Below, piece by piece: positions 18,678 to 27,547 of a DNA stretch of 33,795 nucleotides. Location: assembly GCA_041742355.1 (NCBI GenBank), contig JBGSIV010000203.1, forward strand, positions 1-33,795, in the 5' to 3' direction. How positions within the stretch are numbered: position 1 is the first letter of the stretch; every line of letters starts with the position of its first letter. The notes beneath the pieces were generated by a model. The model worked only from the letters and a program-made list of their open reading frames with translations. It was not told the DNA's origin and did not search any database. The stretch is from Candidatus Zixiibacteriota bacterium. Lineage in GTDB: Bacteria > Zixibacteria > MSB-5A5 > GN15 > FEB-12. The translations under genes were made by a program, and so were the position numbers.

Positions 18678-19526
18678 ATGATGCGAAGAATGGCGGTGCG
18701 AATGATGTGGTGGCTCCTGGCTATTGTCGCAGTCGGATTTCTCGCGGCCACCGCGTACCTGTACTTCGCCCAGCGCGGCATGGTGTTCTACCCGACCCGG
18801 ACGATCGAAATCACCCCCGCCGACATCAACATCACGTACGATGACGTCTACATCCCGGTCAATAACGGCGAGCGCATCCACGCCTGGTACGTGCCCCCCC
18901 GGGATCTGGCTCCCGACGCCCCCGTCGTCATCTTCTCCCACGGCAACGCCGGCAACATCTCCCACCGCCTCGAAACGCTCGACTTCCTCGTCCGCCTCGG
19001 CGCCGGTGTTCTCCTGTTCGATTACCGCGGCTACGGCCGCTCCGACGGCACGCCAGGTGAAGACGAAGCCTACGCCGATATCGCCGCCTGCTACGACTGG
19101 CTGACCGCGCAGCACCGGATCGATCCCGCGCGTATCGTCCTCTTCGGCCGCTCCCTCGGCGGCGCGGTCGCCGCCGACCTTGCGGTCAAGCGTCCCTGCC
19201 GCGGACTCATCGTCGAATCCTCTTTCACCTCTCTCGCCGCCATCGGCAGTAAGATGTTCCCCGTGTTTCCGGTCCGCTGGCTCCTGAAGTACGACTTCGA
19301 CACGGTCGGCAAGATCGGCCGCGTCACCTGCCCTGTTCTCGTCACTCACTCGCCGGTCGACGAAATGATCCCCTTCGCCATGGGCCGGGAGTTGTACGAG
19401 GCGGCCCGCCCCCCCAAACGCCTGGTGGAACTTATCGGCGACCACAACGGTCGAGCATACTTTGATCTTGATACCTATCGTCTTGCGGTCCAAGACATTC
19501 TCTCCGGCGCCGCACGCGAATGGTGA
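18678..19526 (+). CDS. alpha/beta hydrolase (ABHD13/Bem46-like), N-terminal membrane anchor
   Basis: HGNAGN, DYRGYG.S.G, GRSLGG nucleophile elbow, DE.IP and HN. Start may be a few codons later. Confidence 0.92.
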   Translation: MMRRMAVRMMWWLLAIVAVGFLAATAYLYFAQRGMVFYPTRTIEITPADINITYDDVYIPVNNGERIHAWYVPPRDLAPDAPVVIFSHGNAGNISHRLETLDFLVRLGAGVLLFDYRGYGRSDGTPGEDEAYADIAACYDWLTAQHRIDPARIVLFGRSLGGAVAADLAVKRPCRGLIVESSFTSLAAIGSKMFPVFPVRWLLKYDFDTVGKIGRVTCPVLVTHSPVDEMIPFAMGRELYEAARPPKRLVELIGDHNGRAYFDLDTYRLAVQDILSGAAREW

Positions 19527-19548
19527 CCGCCGACTGGCGGCAAATCGG

Positions 19549-19577
19549 TTGACACGGGACGGGGGAGTCGCTATACT
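19549..19577 (+). promoter_or_regulatory. near-consensus sigma70 promoter
   Basis: TTGACA-N17-TATACT upstream of the polyprenyl synthase. Confidence 0.75.
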
Positions 19578-19612
19578 CTTCCTCTTGAACCGAAAGAGCA
19601 AAGGGTGCGTGA

Positions 19613-20602
19613 TTGGTGACGCTTGATAAGAGCCAGATGCTTGAGTATACCGCGCCGGTGCAGGCGGATCTCGATGAATTCAACCAGAAGCTGCACGACT
19701 ACCTGCGCGGCGATTCTCCCCTTATAACCTCAATCGCCCAGCACCTGCTGCGCTCGAAAGGGAAGAGAATCCGCCCCGCCTTCCTGTTTCTCTCCTCCCG
19801 CGCCGCCGACAACTTCACGTCGTTCACGGTCGACGCTTCGCTCGCGATCGAACTGATCCACACCGCGACCCTGCTCCACGACGACGTTGTCGACGAGTCC
19901 GAGATGCGCCGAGGGCAGGAAACGGTCAATGCCCAGTGGACAAATCTCATCTCCGTCCTCATGGGCGACTACCTCTTCGCCAAAGCCTTCCGCATCATGG
20001 TCGACTCCGGATCGCTCGACCTCATGGCGGCCATCTCCCGCGCCACCGAACGCGTCTCCATCGGCGAACTGCGCCAGATCGAAGAGACCGGCAACTACGC
20101 CCTTTCCGAGGAGGAATACCTCGCCATAATAGCCGACAAAACCGCGTCGCTCTTCAACGTCTCGTGTGAAGCCGGGCCGATTCTCGCCGGCCGCACCAAG
20201 CGCGACCGCCAGCGCTTCGCCCATTTCGGCGAAAAAGTCGGCATCGCCTTCCAGATCGTCGATGACCTGCTGGACTTCGTCGGCGACGCCCAGGTGACCG
20301 GCAAGGAACCGGGCAACGACGTCATGACCGGAAAAGTCACCCTGCCCCTCATCCACGCCCTCAAGAAAACCGGCAAAGCGGGCCGCGACGAAGTGGTCAA
20401 CCACCTCCGCATCCACGAGCAGCAGGCCTCATTCCAGCGGGTGTACGATTTCGTCCGTGAAAACGGCGGCATCGACTACGCCTACCGGCGGGCCAAATCC
20501 CTCTCCGAGGAAGGCCTCGAGGCCATTCGGCCGGTCGAATCCTCCGCTTTCCACGACTGCCTCGTGAATATGGTCCAGTTCACCATTTCGCGGGCGTCCT
20601 GA
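19613..20602 (+). CDS. trans-polyprenyl diphosphate synthase (IspB/HepT-like)
   Basis: GKRIRP, HTATLLHDDVVD...RRG, GDYL, KTASLF, AFQIVDDLLD and GK.TLP motifs. Exact start uncertain (19613/19616/19637). Confidence 0.93.
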   Translation: MVTLDKSQMLEYTAPVQADLDEFNQKLHDYLRGDSPLITSIAQHLLRSKGKRIRPAFLFLSSRAADNFTSFTVDASLAIELIHTATLLHDDVVDESEMRRGQETVNAQWTNLISVLMGDYLFAKAFRIMVDSGSLDLMAAISRATERVSIGELRQIEETGNYALSEEEYLAIIADKTASLFNVSCEAGPILAGRTKRDRQRFAHFGEKVGIAFQIVDDLLDFVGDAQVTGKEPGNDVMTGKVTLPLIHALKKTGKAGRDEVVNHLRIHEQQASFQRVYDFVRENGGIDYAYRRAKSLSEEGLEAIRPVESSAFHDCLVNMVQFTISRAS

Positions 20603-20678
20603 TGCGGCCGCACTCACCCTGCGCTTCCGGCAATCTCTGTCAAAAACCGAAGCACTGTCCGCGCGTATAAGAAGCACT

Positions 20679-22847
20679 ATGTTTGGTGTCAAAGATCTGG
20701 CCGTCGAACTGCTCACCGATTCCCCGGTACTGGTCGCGCTCTCCCTGATCGTGCTGGTGGCCCTGTCGGTCTACATCTACCGTCGAACCAATCCCCCCCT
20801 GCCGCGGTGGCTTCGCCTGACCCTCGGCGGCCTGCGCATCACCGCTGTCATCCTGCTCTTCCTGGCCCTCTTCGAACCGGTCGTCAGCTACACCCACGAG
20901 TACGTCCGGCCGCGCCGCATCGCGGTCGTCCTCGATGAATCCCTGTCCATGAACAAGGTCGAGAACGAACGCCCCCGGCGCTCCCGCGCCGACTCGCTCC
21001 TCTCCGGCGCGACCTATGAGAACCTGACCCGAACCACCGAGGTCAGCACCTACTTCTTCGGCGGCAGCCTCGACCGCTCCCCCGGCAAAATAGACAGCAC
21101 CCGCACCGCCCTCGGCGACGCTCTGTTCGAGCTCGACAAGCTGCAGATGGCCGAACCCCACGACTACTGGCTCGTCGTCACCGACGGCAACTCCAACTCC
21201 GGCCGCAAACCCCTCGATGTCGCTCCGTCCCTCTCCACCCCGGTCATCAGCATCGATATCACCGGCGGACAGGGCAGTTTCGATATCGGCGTCGGCGAGG
21301 TCGAATTCAACCCCGTCATGTTCGTCGGCCGCCCGGCCGAAATCAGGGTCCGCCTCAACTGGCGCAATGCCGAGGGCAAAACGATCGATGTCCGCCTGAT
21401 CGACTCCGTGCGCACCGTCGATGACGAGCAGCTTGCGGTCACGCAGGAGGGAGGGATCGGCGAAGTCACGCTCAGGTATGTGCCCGATGTCCCCGGCCAG
21501 AAGCTCCTGAGCATCTCGGTCCCCCCGCAGGAAAACGAGGAATCCATCGGCAACAACAGCCGCACGATCTCGGTCAAAGTTCTCAAGAGCCGCATGATGG
21601 TGCTGGTGGTATCCGATGCCCCCGACTACGAGGTCGGCTTCCTCAAGCGCCTCCTGAGCGGCTCCGACCGCTACGAGGTCGACTTGCTGGCCACCGGCGG
21701 CAAAGCCGGCAATCTCGGCGGTCGCTTCCCCTCGGCGCAAACCGAACTCAACCGCTACGACCTCATCATCCTCCACGACCCCGATCCCGCCGACTACAAC
21801 GGCCGCCAGGAGATCCTCCAGTCGTACCTGGCCGAACGGGGGGGAGCGCTCTGGGTCATGATGGGTCCGCAGTTCGCCGCCCGGGGGCCTGTGCCCTGGT
21901 TCAACGACCTGCTGCCCTTCTGCCAGACCGGCGCCATGCCGGTGCAGTATGTCGACCAGCGCGCCGACCCGATGGAAAGCCACCTGTTCCACCCGGCGAT
22001 CCGCCTGGCCGATGATCAGTCGACCATCCGCGAAACCTGGGCCGCCCTGCCCCCCTTCGAAGTGATCGTGCTGTGCGACTCGGTCGCCGCCGATGGCGTC
22101 GTGCTCGCCGAATCCTCCCGCCGCAATCCCGAAGGCGCGCCGCCGGCGCTCGGTTACCGCCGCCACGGCCCCGGCAAAGTGTTCGCCTCGGCCGTCCTAC
22201 CGTTCTGGCCGTGGGGCTTCGTCAATCTCGGCTTCGGGGAAGATGATGCCGGCTACCGCAGGTTCATCGAGGGAACGGTCGGATGGCTTACCGTGAAAGA
22301 TGACTTCGAACCGATCCGGGTCAAACCCGAGAAGGAAGTCTTCACCCGCGGCGAACCGGTTGCTTTCCACGGCTTCGCCTTCGATCTCGGCTACCGTCCG
22401 CTGCCCGGTGTCACCGGGGCGGTCGAGTTGACCGGCGGCCCGGAAAACGAAGAATTCCAGCGTGATCTGGTCGGTGTCGGCGAAGGCAACTTCCGGGCCG
22501 CGTTTGACAATCTCGCTCCCGGACGCTATACCTACGCCGCCCGAATGGAGAAGGAGAACCAGGTCCTCCGCGTCGACAGCGGCGCGATCCTCATCGAATC
22601 CTTCTCACTCGAGGAGTTCGACCAGAGCGGCGACCCGGCCACCCTCGCGGCCCTCTCGCAGGCCACGGGCGGGACCTACTACACCTACGACCAGTTTGAC
22701 CGGGTCCTCAACGACCTCAGCCTCGAGGAAGTCACCCTCTCGAACCGGCGCGAGTTCTCTTTCTGGAATCAGCTCTGGATGCTGATAGCGTTGATCGGGG
22801 CGTTGTCGCTGGAGTGGTTCCTGCGGAAGGCGAATCAGCTAGTCTGA
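20679..22847 (+). CDS. membrane-anchored vWA-domain protein with Ig-like and GATase-like middle domains
   Basis: Two N-terminal TM helices; MIDAS DESLS...T.LG...VTDG; ENEESIGNNS Ig-like end; YDLIIL...GG.L segment; C-terminal TM ending LSLEWFLRK. Confidence 0.8.
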   Translation: MFGVKDLAVELLTDSPVLVALSLIVLVALSVYIYRRTNPPLPRWLRLTLGGLRITAVILLFLALFEPVVSYTHEYVRPRRIAVVLDESLSMNKVENERPRRSRADSLLSGATYENLTRTTEVSTYFFGGSLDRSPGKIDSTRTALGDALFELDKLQMAEPHDYWLVVTDGNSNSGRKPLDVAPSLSTPVISIDITGGQGSFDIGVGEVEFNPVMFVGRPAEIRVRLNWRNAEGKTIDVRLIDSVRTVDDEQLAVTQEGGIGEVTLRYVPDVPGQKLLSISVPPQENEESIGNNSRTISVKVLKSRMMVLVVSDAPDYEVGFLKRLLSGSDRYEVDLLATGGKAGNLGGRFPSAQTELNRYDLIILHDPDPADYNGRQEILQSYLAERGGALWVMMGPQFAARGPVPWFNDLLPFCQTGAMPVQYVDQRADPMESHLFHPAIRLADDQSTIRETWAALPPFEVIVLCDSVAADGVVLAESSRRNPEGAPPALGYRRHGPGKVFASAVLPFWPWGFVNLGFGEDDAGYRRFIEGTVGWLTVKDDFEPIRVKPEKEVFTRGEPVAFHGFAFDLGYRPLPGVTGAVELTGGPENEEFQRDLVGVGEGNFRAAFDNLAPGRYTYAARMEKENQVLRVDSGAILIESFSLEEFDQSGDPATLAALSQATGGTYYTYDQFDRVLNDLSLEEVTLSNRREFSFWNQLWMLIALIGALSLEWFLRKANQLV

Positions 22848-23258
22848 CGTACGGGCGAGCGGCTCAAACGCCTTCGCCAGCACCCGGACATCGATCTGCT
22901 CGTTGAGCGCAATCTTTTCCCGGCACAAACTCTCGGTAATGGCCTGAATCCGCTCGGCCGAAGCCATGATCTGCTCCACGAACCGCCGGTGCTCCGGGGG
23001 GAGAGAATCGCAGATCTCCATCAGGAACTCGGCGTACCCGATTATCCCCGCCAGCGGATTGTTGATATCATGGTTCAGGGAGAGGCAGCGGGCTATGTAC
23101 GGTCGGATCGCCCGGTAGACCGCCAGTTCTTCCTCCAGAATCTGCTCCCCTGTGGGGGTTGGTATCGGCAGTTTCCCCATTCGTCTCTCTCTATCGGCCC
23201 TCTGCATATGTTTAGGCGCAATTGCCGGGTTATCTTTCTTATCGGCCGATTCGTTCAT
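22839..23258 (-). CDS. small protein with only a HisKA (DHp phospho-acceptor) domain
   Basis: H-box LNHDINNPLAGIIGYAEFL followed by I...AERI..I helix; no HATPase_c domain. Start may be 23180 (MGKL). Stop codons overlap convergently with the vWA gene. Confidence 0.8.
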   Translation of the reverse strand: MNESADKKDNPAIAPKHMQRADRERRMGKLPIPTPTGEQILEEELAVYRAIRPYIARCLSLNHDINNPLAGIIGYAEFLMEICDSLPPEHRRFVEQIMASAERIQAITESLCREKIALNEQIDVRVLAKAFEPLARTSD

Positions 23259-23310
23259 TTCTTCGCCGAGTGGGAAGAAACTTCCCGACGGTTTTTTGCG
23301 CGAATTGTGG

Positions 23311-23338
23311 TTGCCACCCCTGCCCGCCGCGCTATATT
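23311..23338 (+). promoter_or_regulatory. sigma70-type promoter
   Basis: TTGCCA-N16-TATATT, with GAGG RBS before ATG 23371. Confidence 0.5.
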
Positions 23339-23370
23339 GATGCTCCGAAACGATCTACAGAGAGGTTACT

Positions 23371-24519
23371 ATGAAGCTCGCAGTGATCGGCGCCGGCCTG
23401 ATGGGCCGGGCAGTGGTATATGACTTCGCGCAGGCCGACGATGTCGAACAGGTCGGCATTTTTGATATCGAACTCCGCCTCGCCGCGGAAGTCGCCGGCA
23501 AATTCGGCAACGGCAAGGCGATCCCCCGGGCACTCGATGCCGGCAACGAGAAAGCCGTCGTGGCCGCCCTCAAGGGTTACGACGCCGTCGTTTCCTGCGT
23601 CACCTATAAGTACAATCCCGGCCTGACCCGGGCCGCTATCCAGGCCAAATGCCACTTTGTCGATCTCGGCGGCAACAACGACGTCGTCCGCAGCCAGCTC
23701 GCCATGGACCCCGAAGCCGAAGCTGCCGGTGTGGTTATCGTCCCCGACTGCGGTCTCGCCCCCGGCATGGTCTCCGTGCTCGTCGCCGACGGCGTCTCGA
23801 AGCTCGATACGGTCAGCTCGGTGAAGATCCGTGTCGGCGGCCTGCCCCAGTCCCCCCGCCCGCCGCTCAACTACCAGATGCTCTTCTCGGCCGAAGGCCT
23901 CATCAACGAATACTGGGAACCCTGCCTGATTCTCGAAGGGGGCCGCAAAAAGACGGTCAACCCGATGAGTGCGGTCGAGGAACTCGATTTCGACGGCCTC
24001 GGAAAGTTCGAAGCCTTCTACACCTCCGGCGGCACGTCCACACTTCCGGACACCTACGAAGGCACGGTCGACTTCCTCGATTACAAGACTATCCGCTACC
24101 CCGGCCACTGCGCCCTGTTCAAGCCGATGCTCGAACTCGGCCTTGCCTCGCGCAAACCGGTTACTGTCGACGGCGTCACGGTCGAACCCCGCTCCGTCTT
24201 CAAGGCCGTCCTCGATCGCAGCCTCACCTTCAACGAACCCGACATGACCCTCGTGCGCGTGACCGTAGCCGGACAGGCCGGTAACCAGTCGCAGACATTC
24301 GTTTACGAAGTCGTCGACCGCCAGGACAGCAAGGCCGGCCTCACTTCGATGATGCGGATGACCTCGTTCCCGGCCGCGGTGATCGCGCTCATGGCCGCCC
24401 GCGGGCAAATCGAGATCCGCGGCTGCAAGCCGCAGGAAGTCGCCGTCGCTCCCGGACCGTTCATCCAGCAGCTGCGCAAACGGCAGATCAATATCGAGAT
24501 TGACGAGCAGACCGGCTGA
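23371..24519 (+). CDS. saccharopine dehydrogenase family protein (lysine 6-dehydrogenase-like)
   Basis: GAGLMG Rossmann motif, VDLGG, DCGLAPG, VGGLP, EGLINEY, EAF.T.GG and YKTIRYPGH. Confidence 0.9.
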   Translation: MKLAVIGAGLMGRAVVYDFAQADDVEQVGIFDIELRLAAEVAGKFGNGKAIPRALDAGNEKAVVAALKGYDAVVSCVTYKYNPGLTRAAIQAKCHFVDLGGNNDVVRSQLAMDPEAEAAGVVIVPDCGLAPGMVSVLVADGVSKLDTVSSVKIRVGGLPQSPRPPLNYQMLFSAEGLINEYWEPCLILEGGRKKTVNPMSAVEELDFDGLGKFEAFYTSGGTSTLPDTYEGTVDFLDYKTIRYPGHCALFKPMLELGLASRKPVTVDGVTVEPRSVFKAVLDRSLTFNEPDMTLVRVTVAGQAGNQSQTFVYEVVDRQDSKAGLTSMMRMTSFPAAVIALMAARGQIEIRGCKPQEVAVAPGPFIQQLRKRQINIEIDEQTG

Positions 24520-24521
24520 TC

Positions 24522-25244
24522 CTACCAGAGGTCGGCCGGCAGCATAAGATCGAGTTTCACCGTGCTTCCGGGGATCACCGTCACCGGATAGGTCAACGTG
24601 TCCGACTCCGGCAGGTAAACAACCAGCAGGTGATGATTCCCCATCGGCACGCCGCTGAAACTGAAACTCCCGTCCGGCCGGGGTGCGGCTGAGGCTGTCG
24701 TCACCCCCCCTGCACCATTCGGATATCGAAGCGCCACCACCACCGAATCGCGGAAGACTGTTCCCGGCGGACGGCGCTCCGCATCGGTGACATACCCGCT
24801 CACCGCATTGCCCAGCAGCTCCGACGCCGCCGTCGTAACCACCCGCTCAATGGCGCTCCCCGAACCGGTCGACCGGATCGTCGTCCCGGTGTAGGCGTAC
24901 GCCGCTCCCCAGGCATCGGTCAGAGATCCGTTCGGATCGATATACGGTCCGTCCCACGTCGCTAATCCCGGGTTGGCGGTGAGCGCGCTCAATGTCGGCG
25001 GCAACGCGCCGACATCCCCCACATACCCGAAGTCACTCCGCGCACCGTGCGTGTTCACCTCCGGATTGCCGCCGATCGCGAACGCCAGGTGCTCCATCTC
25101 GCGCCGCGTCTGCTCCACCCGGGCGTCATCGATACTCCCGAGCATCTCCCGCAGGGCGACCGTGCCGATGATCCCGATAATCACGATCACGATCACCAGT
25201 TCGACCAGGGTGAACCCCTGCTGGGATGTTACCCTGCTTCTCAT
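24522..25244 (-). CDS. type IV prepilin / GspG-like pseudopilin with C-terminal beta-sandwich domain; paralog 4 (short, 240 aa)
   Basis: QQG|FTLVELVIVIVIIGII class III signal; DFGYVGDVGALP...NPG..TW.GPY...DAWG..Y. ATGA overlap with paralog 3. Confidence 0.9.
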   Translation of the reverse strand: MRSRVTSQQGFTLVELVIVIVIIGIIGTVALREMLGSIDDARVEQTRREMEHLAFAIGGNPEVNTHGARSDFGYVGDVGALPPTLSALTANPGLATWDGPYIDPNGSLTDAWGAAYAYTGTTIRSTGSGSAIERVVTTAASELLGNAVSGYVTDAERRPPGTVFRDSVVVALRYPNGAGGVTTASAAPRPDGSFSFSGVPMGNHHLLVVYLPESDTLTYPVTVIPGSTVKLDLMLPADLW

Positions 25245-26383
25245 GGCCGGCAGTTGTCCGCGGTAAAGGTGACCGAGGAGCCGTCGCTGAACTCAAGCGT
25301 GAATTCGGCTCCGCTCATATCAACCGGCGGCCCGCCGCCGTTCGAATTCGCATGGAACTCCTCGATTCTCACTTGCACTGCTTCTCCGGCGCCGAGCGTC
25401 TGGGCCGACGTAAACGTGGCGGTCGACCCGCTTGTCAACGCCGGATTCCCGCCGCGCACCTGCACCCCATCCCAGTAGACGTTCTGGAAGTAGGCGGTCG
25501 GTCCAGTCCACGTCACCTTGACCGAGCTGATACCGGCCGGGGAGCTCTCCTGGTTGGTTATCCAGACCACGAGCTTGTAACAGTTCGCTGTCGTCAGGGT
25601 ATCGGAACCGCTCATGACACCCAGTCCTGTAGCCGAGCCGCTTCCTCCGCTGCTCCAATAGTTTTCCGCGAGGAAGTACTCGGTGTAAACCATCGCTCCC
25701 GGCGGCACCGTCACGAACCGGTGCACGGTGTCGCTTTCGGGGACATAGACAATCTGCAAATCGTGGTTGCCGATCGGGATGGAATCGAACGTGAAGTACC
25801 CGCCGCCGTCAGTCGGGCCTATCCGCGTCGTGGTTCCGCCGCCTCCGTTCGGATAATTCAACGCGACTTCGATCGAGTCGCTGTAGACAGCTCCCGGCGG
25901 CGTCCCGTCTGCGTCCAGCACAACCCCCGCCACTCTGTTGCGCAGCAATTCCGACTCGGCCCCGGCCAGCTTCTTCACGATCGGTCCGTCCGGACTGCTC
26001 GAAATCAGATTCACCCCGTCACGAGTGTACGGTTTTCCCCACGGATCGGTCTTGAACCCGCCTGCTTCCTGCACCAGTTCGTTCACCACGTACGGCCCCC
26101 GCCACGTTCCCAGCCCGGGGTTGGTCCGCAGGGCGTCGAAATCAGGCGGCAGCGCTCCGACATCCCCGACATACCCGAAATCCACCCGCACGCCCACATT
26201 CCTGATCTCAGGATTCCCCACTATCCCCTGAGAGAGCGCTTCCAGCTCGCGTTTGGCTTCTTCGGTCCGCGCCCCCGCGCCGATAATGGCCGCGGATCGG
26301 AGCGCCACCGTCGCCAGAATCGCCACGATCACGATCACGAGGATCACCTCGACCAGCGTAAAACCGCTTCGCGCACGAATCAT
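25241..26383 (-). CDS. type IV prepilin / GspG-like pseudopilin; paralog 3 (long, 380 aa, extra C-terminal domain)
   Basis: True start MIRARSG|FTLVEVIL at 26383 (TGATG overlap), not 26650. Same core motifs as the other paralogs, including DPWG.PY. Confidence 0.9.
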   Translation of the reverse strand: MIRARSGFTLVEVILVIVIVAILATVALRSAAIIGAGARTEEAKRELEALSQGIVGNPEIRNVGVRVDFGYVGDVGALPPDFDALRTNPGLGTWRGPYVVNELVQEAGGFKTDPWGKPYTRDGVNLISSSPDGPIVKKLAGAESELLRNRVAGVVLDADGTPPGAVYSDSIEVALNYPNGGGGTTTRIGPTDGGGYFTFDSIPIGNHDLQIVYVPESDTVHRFVTVPPGAMVYTEYFLAENYWSSGGSGSATGLGVMSGSDTLTTANCYKLVVWITNQESSPAGISSVKVTWTGPTAYFQNVYWDGVQVRGGNPALTSGSTATFTSAQTLGAGEAVQVRIEEFHANSNGGGPPVDMSGAEFTLEFSDGSSVTFTADNCRP

Positions 26384-27546
26384 CAGCAGGCCCCCGTATT
26401 GAAACTGATGGTCGATCCGTCGGAAAGCTGCACCGTGAGGCTGACATTCGCCATACTCACCCTCGGCCCGCCGCCGCCCGACGATTGACGGAACTTCTCC
26501 ACAACTACGGTCGCCGTTGCGCCGTGCGCCACCGTCTTCGCGCTGCTGAACGTCGCGACCGATCCCGAACCGGGCAATCCGCTGTTCTTCTTGACCACCT
26601 GCTGCCCGCCGAACGTGACCTCTTCGTAGTACGCCGTCGGACTCGCCCACGTCAGCGTGACCGACGAAACCGTTATCGGCGCGCCCGAATTGTTGGCCAC
26701 CTGGAACGTGATCTTGTCGCAGGTGCCGCCCGACACTCTGACCGAACCGCTTACCAGCGTCAGCCCGGGCGTGTACCCCGGCGCGCCCCCGCCGCCAAAG
26801 TACTCCTCCGCGAACCGATAGATATCGATCGGGTCATTCCGGTGGCGGGGAAGAATCGTCACATAGCGGAACAGCGTGTCCACTTCGGGGAGGTAGATCA
26901 CTCGCACCGGGTGCATCCCCGCCGGCACCCCCGCAATGCTGAACGAACCGTCGGCATCGGGTATCCGGCTGCTCGTGCTGAGCCCGCCTGCCCCGTTGGG
27001 AACCGTAATTACCACCGCCACCGAATCGCGGTACACCGCCCCCGGAACCGAATCGGCCGCATCGCGGACCACGCCCCGGTAGGTGTTGTTCAGGTAGTCA
27101 TCGGGACTGTCGGCAAACTGCTTGGTCAGGGTCGTGCCGCCGCCGGTGCTCGTGATCGTCACGCCCCCGGCGTAGCCGTACGCCTCCCCCCACTCATCGG
27201 CCCGATAGCCGGTCGTATCCTGCGCAAAACCGGGGGAGAGGTAGGGCCCGTCCCACGTCGCCCAGCCGCCCGGATTCGTCCGCAACGCCTGCAGATTGGG
27301 CGGCAGCGCCCCGATATCTCCCACGTATCCGAAATCGCTCCGCGTTCCGCCCGAGGCCAGCGACGGATTCCCGACCATCGCCTGCGCCAGCGCTTCCATC
27401 TCCCGCTCGGTCGCCACCCGGCGCATATCCTCCATGCTCGAGGTCATCGACTGCATCGCCACCGCCAACAAAACACCCACCACGACAATCATCACCAGCA
27501 GTTCAATGAGGCTCAGCCCCCTGCTGTCGCTGAAGTGCGCTCTCAT
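26383..27546 (-). CDS. type IV prepilin / GspG-like pseudopilin; paralog 2 (long, 387 aa, extra C-terminal domain)
   Basis: True start MRAHFSDSRG|LSLIELL at 27546, 1 nt after the upstream stop. Same core motifs. Confidence 0.9.
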   Translation of the reverse strand: MRAHFSDSRGLSLIELLVMIVVVGVLLAVAMQSMTSSMEDMRRVATEREMEALAQAMVGNPSLASGGTRSDFGYVGDIGALPPNLQALRTNPGGWATWDGPYLSPGFAQDTTGYRADEWGEAYGYAGGVTITSTGGGTTLTKQFADSPDDYLNNTYRGVVRDAADSVPGAVYRDSVAVVITVPNGAGGLSTSSRIPDADGSFSIAGVPAGMHPVRVIYLPEVDTLFRYVTILPRHRNDPIDIYRFAEEYFGGGGAPGYTPGLTLVSGSVRVSGGTCDKITFQVANNSGAPITVSSVTLTWASPTAYYEEVTFGGQQVVKKNSGLPGSGSVATFSSAKTVAHGATATVVVEKFRQSSGGGGPRVSMANVSLTVQLSDGSTISFNTGAC

Positions 27547-27547
27547 G

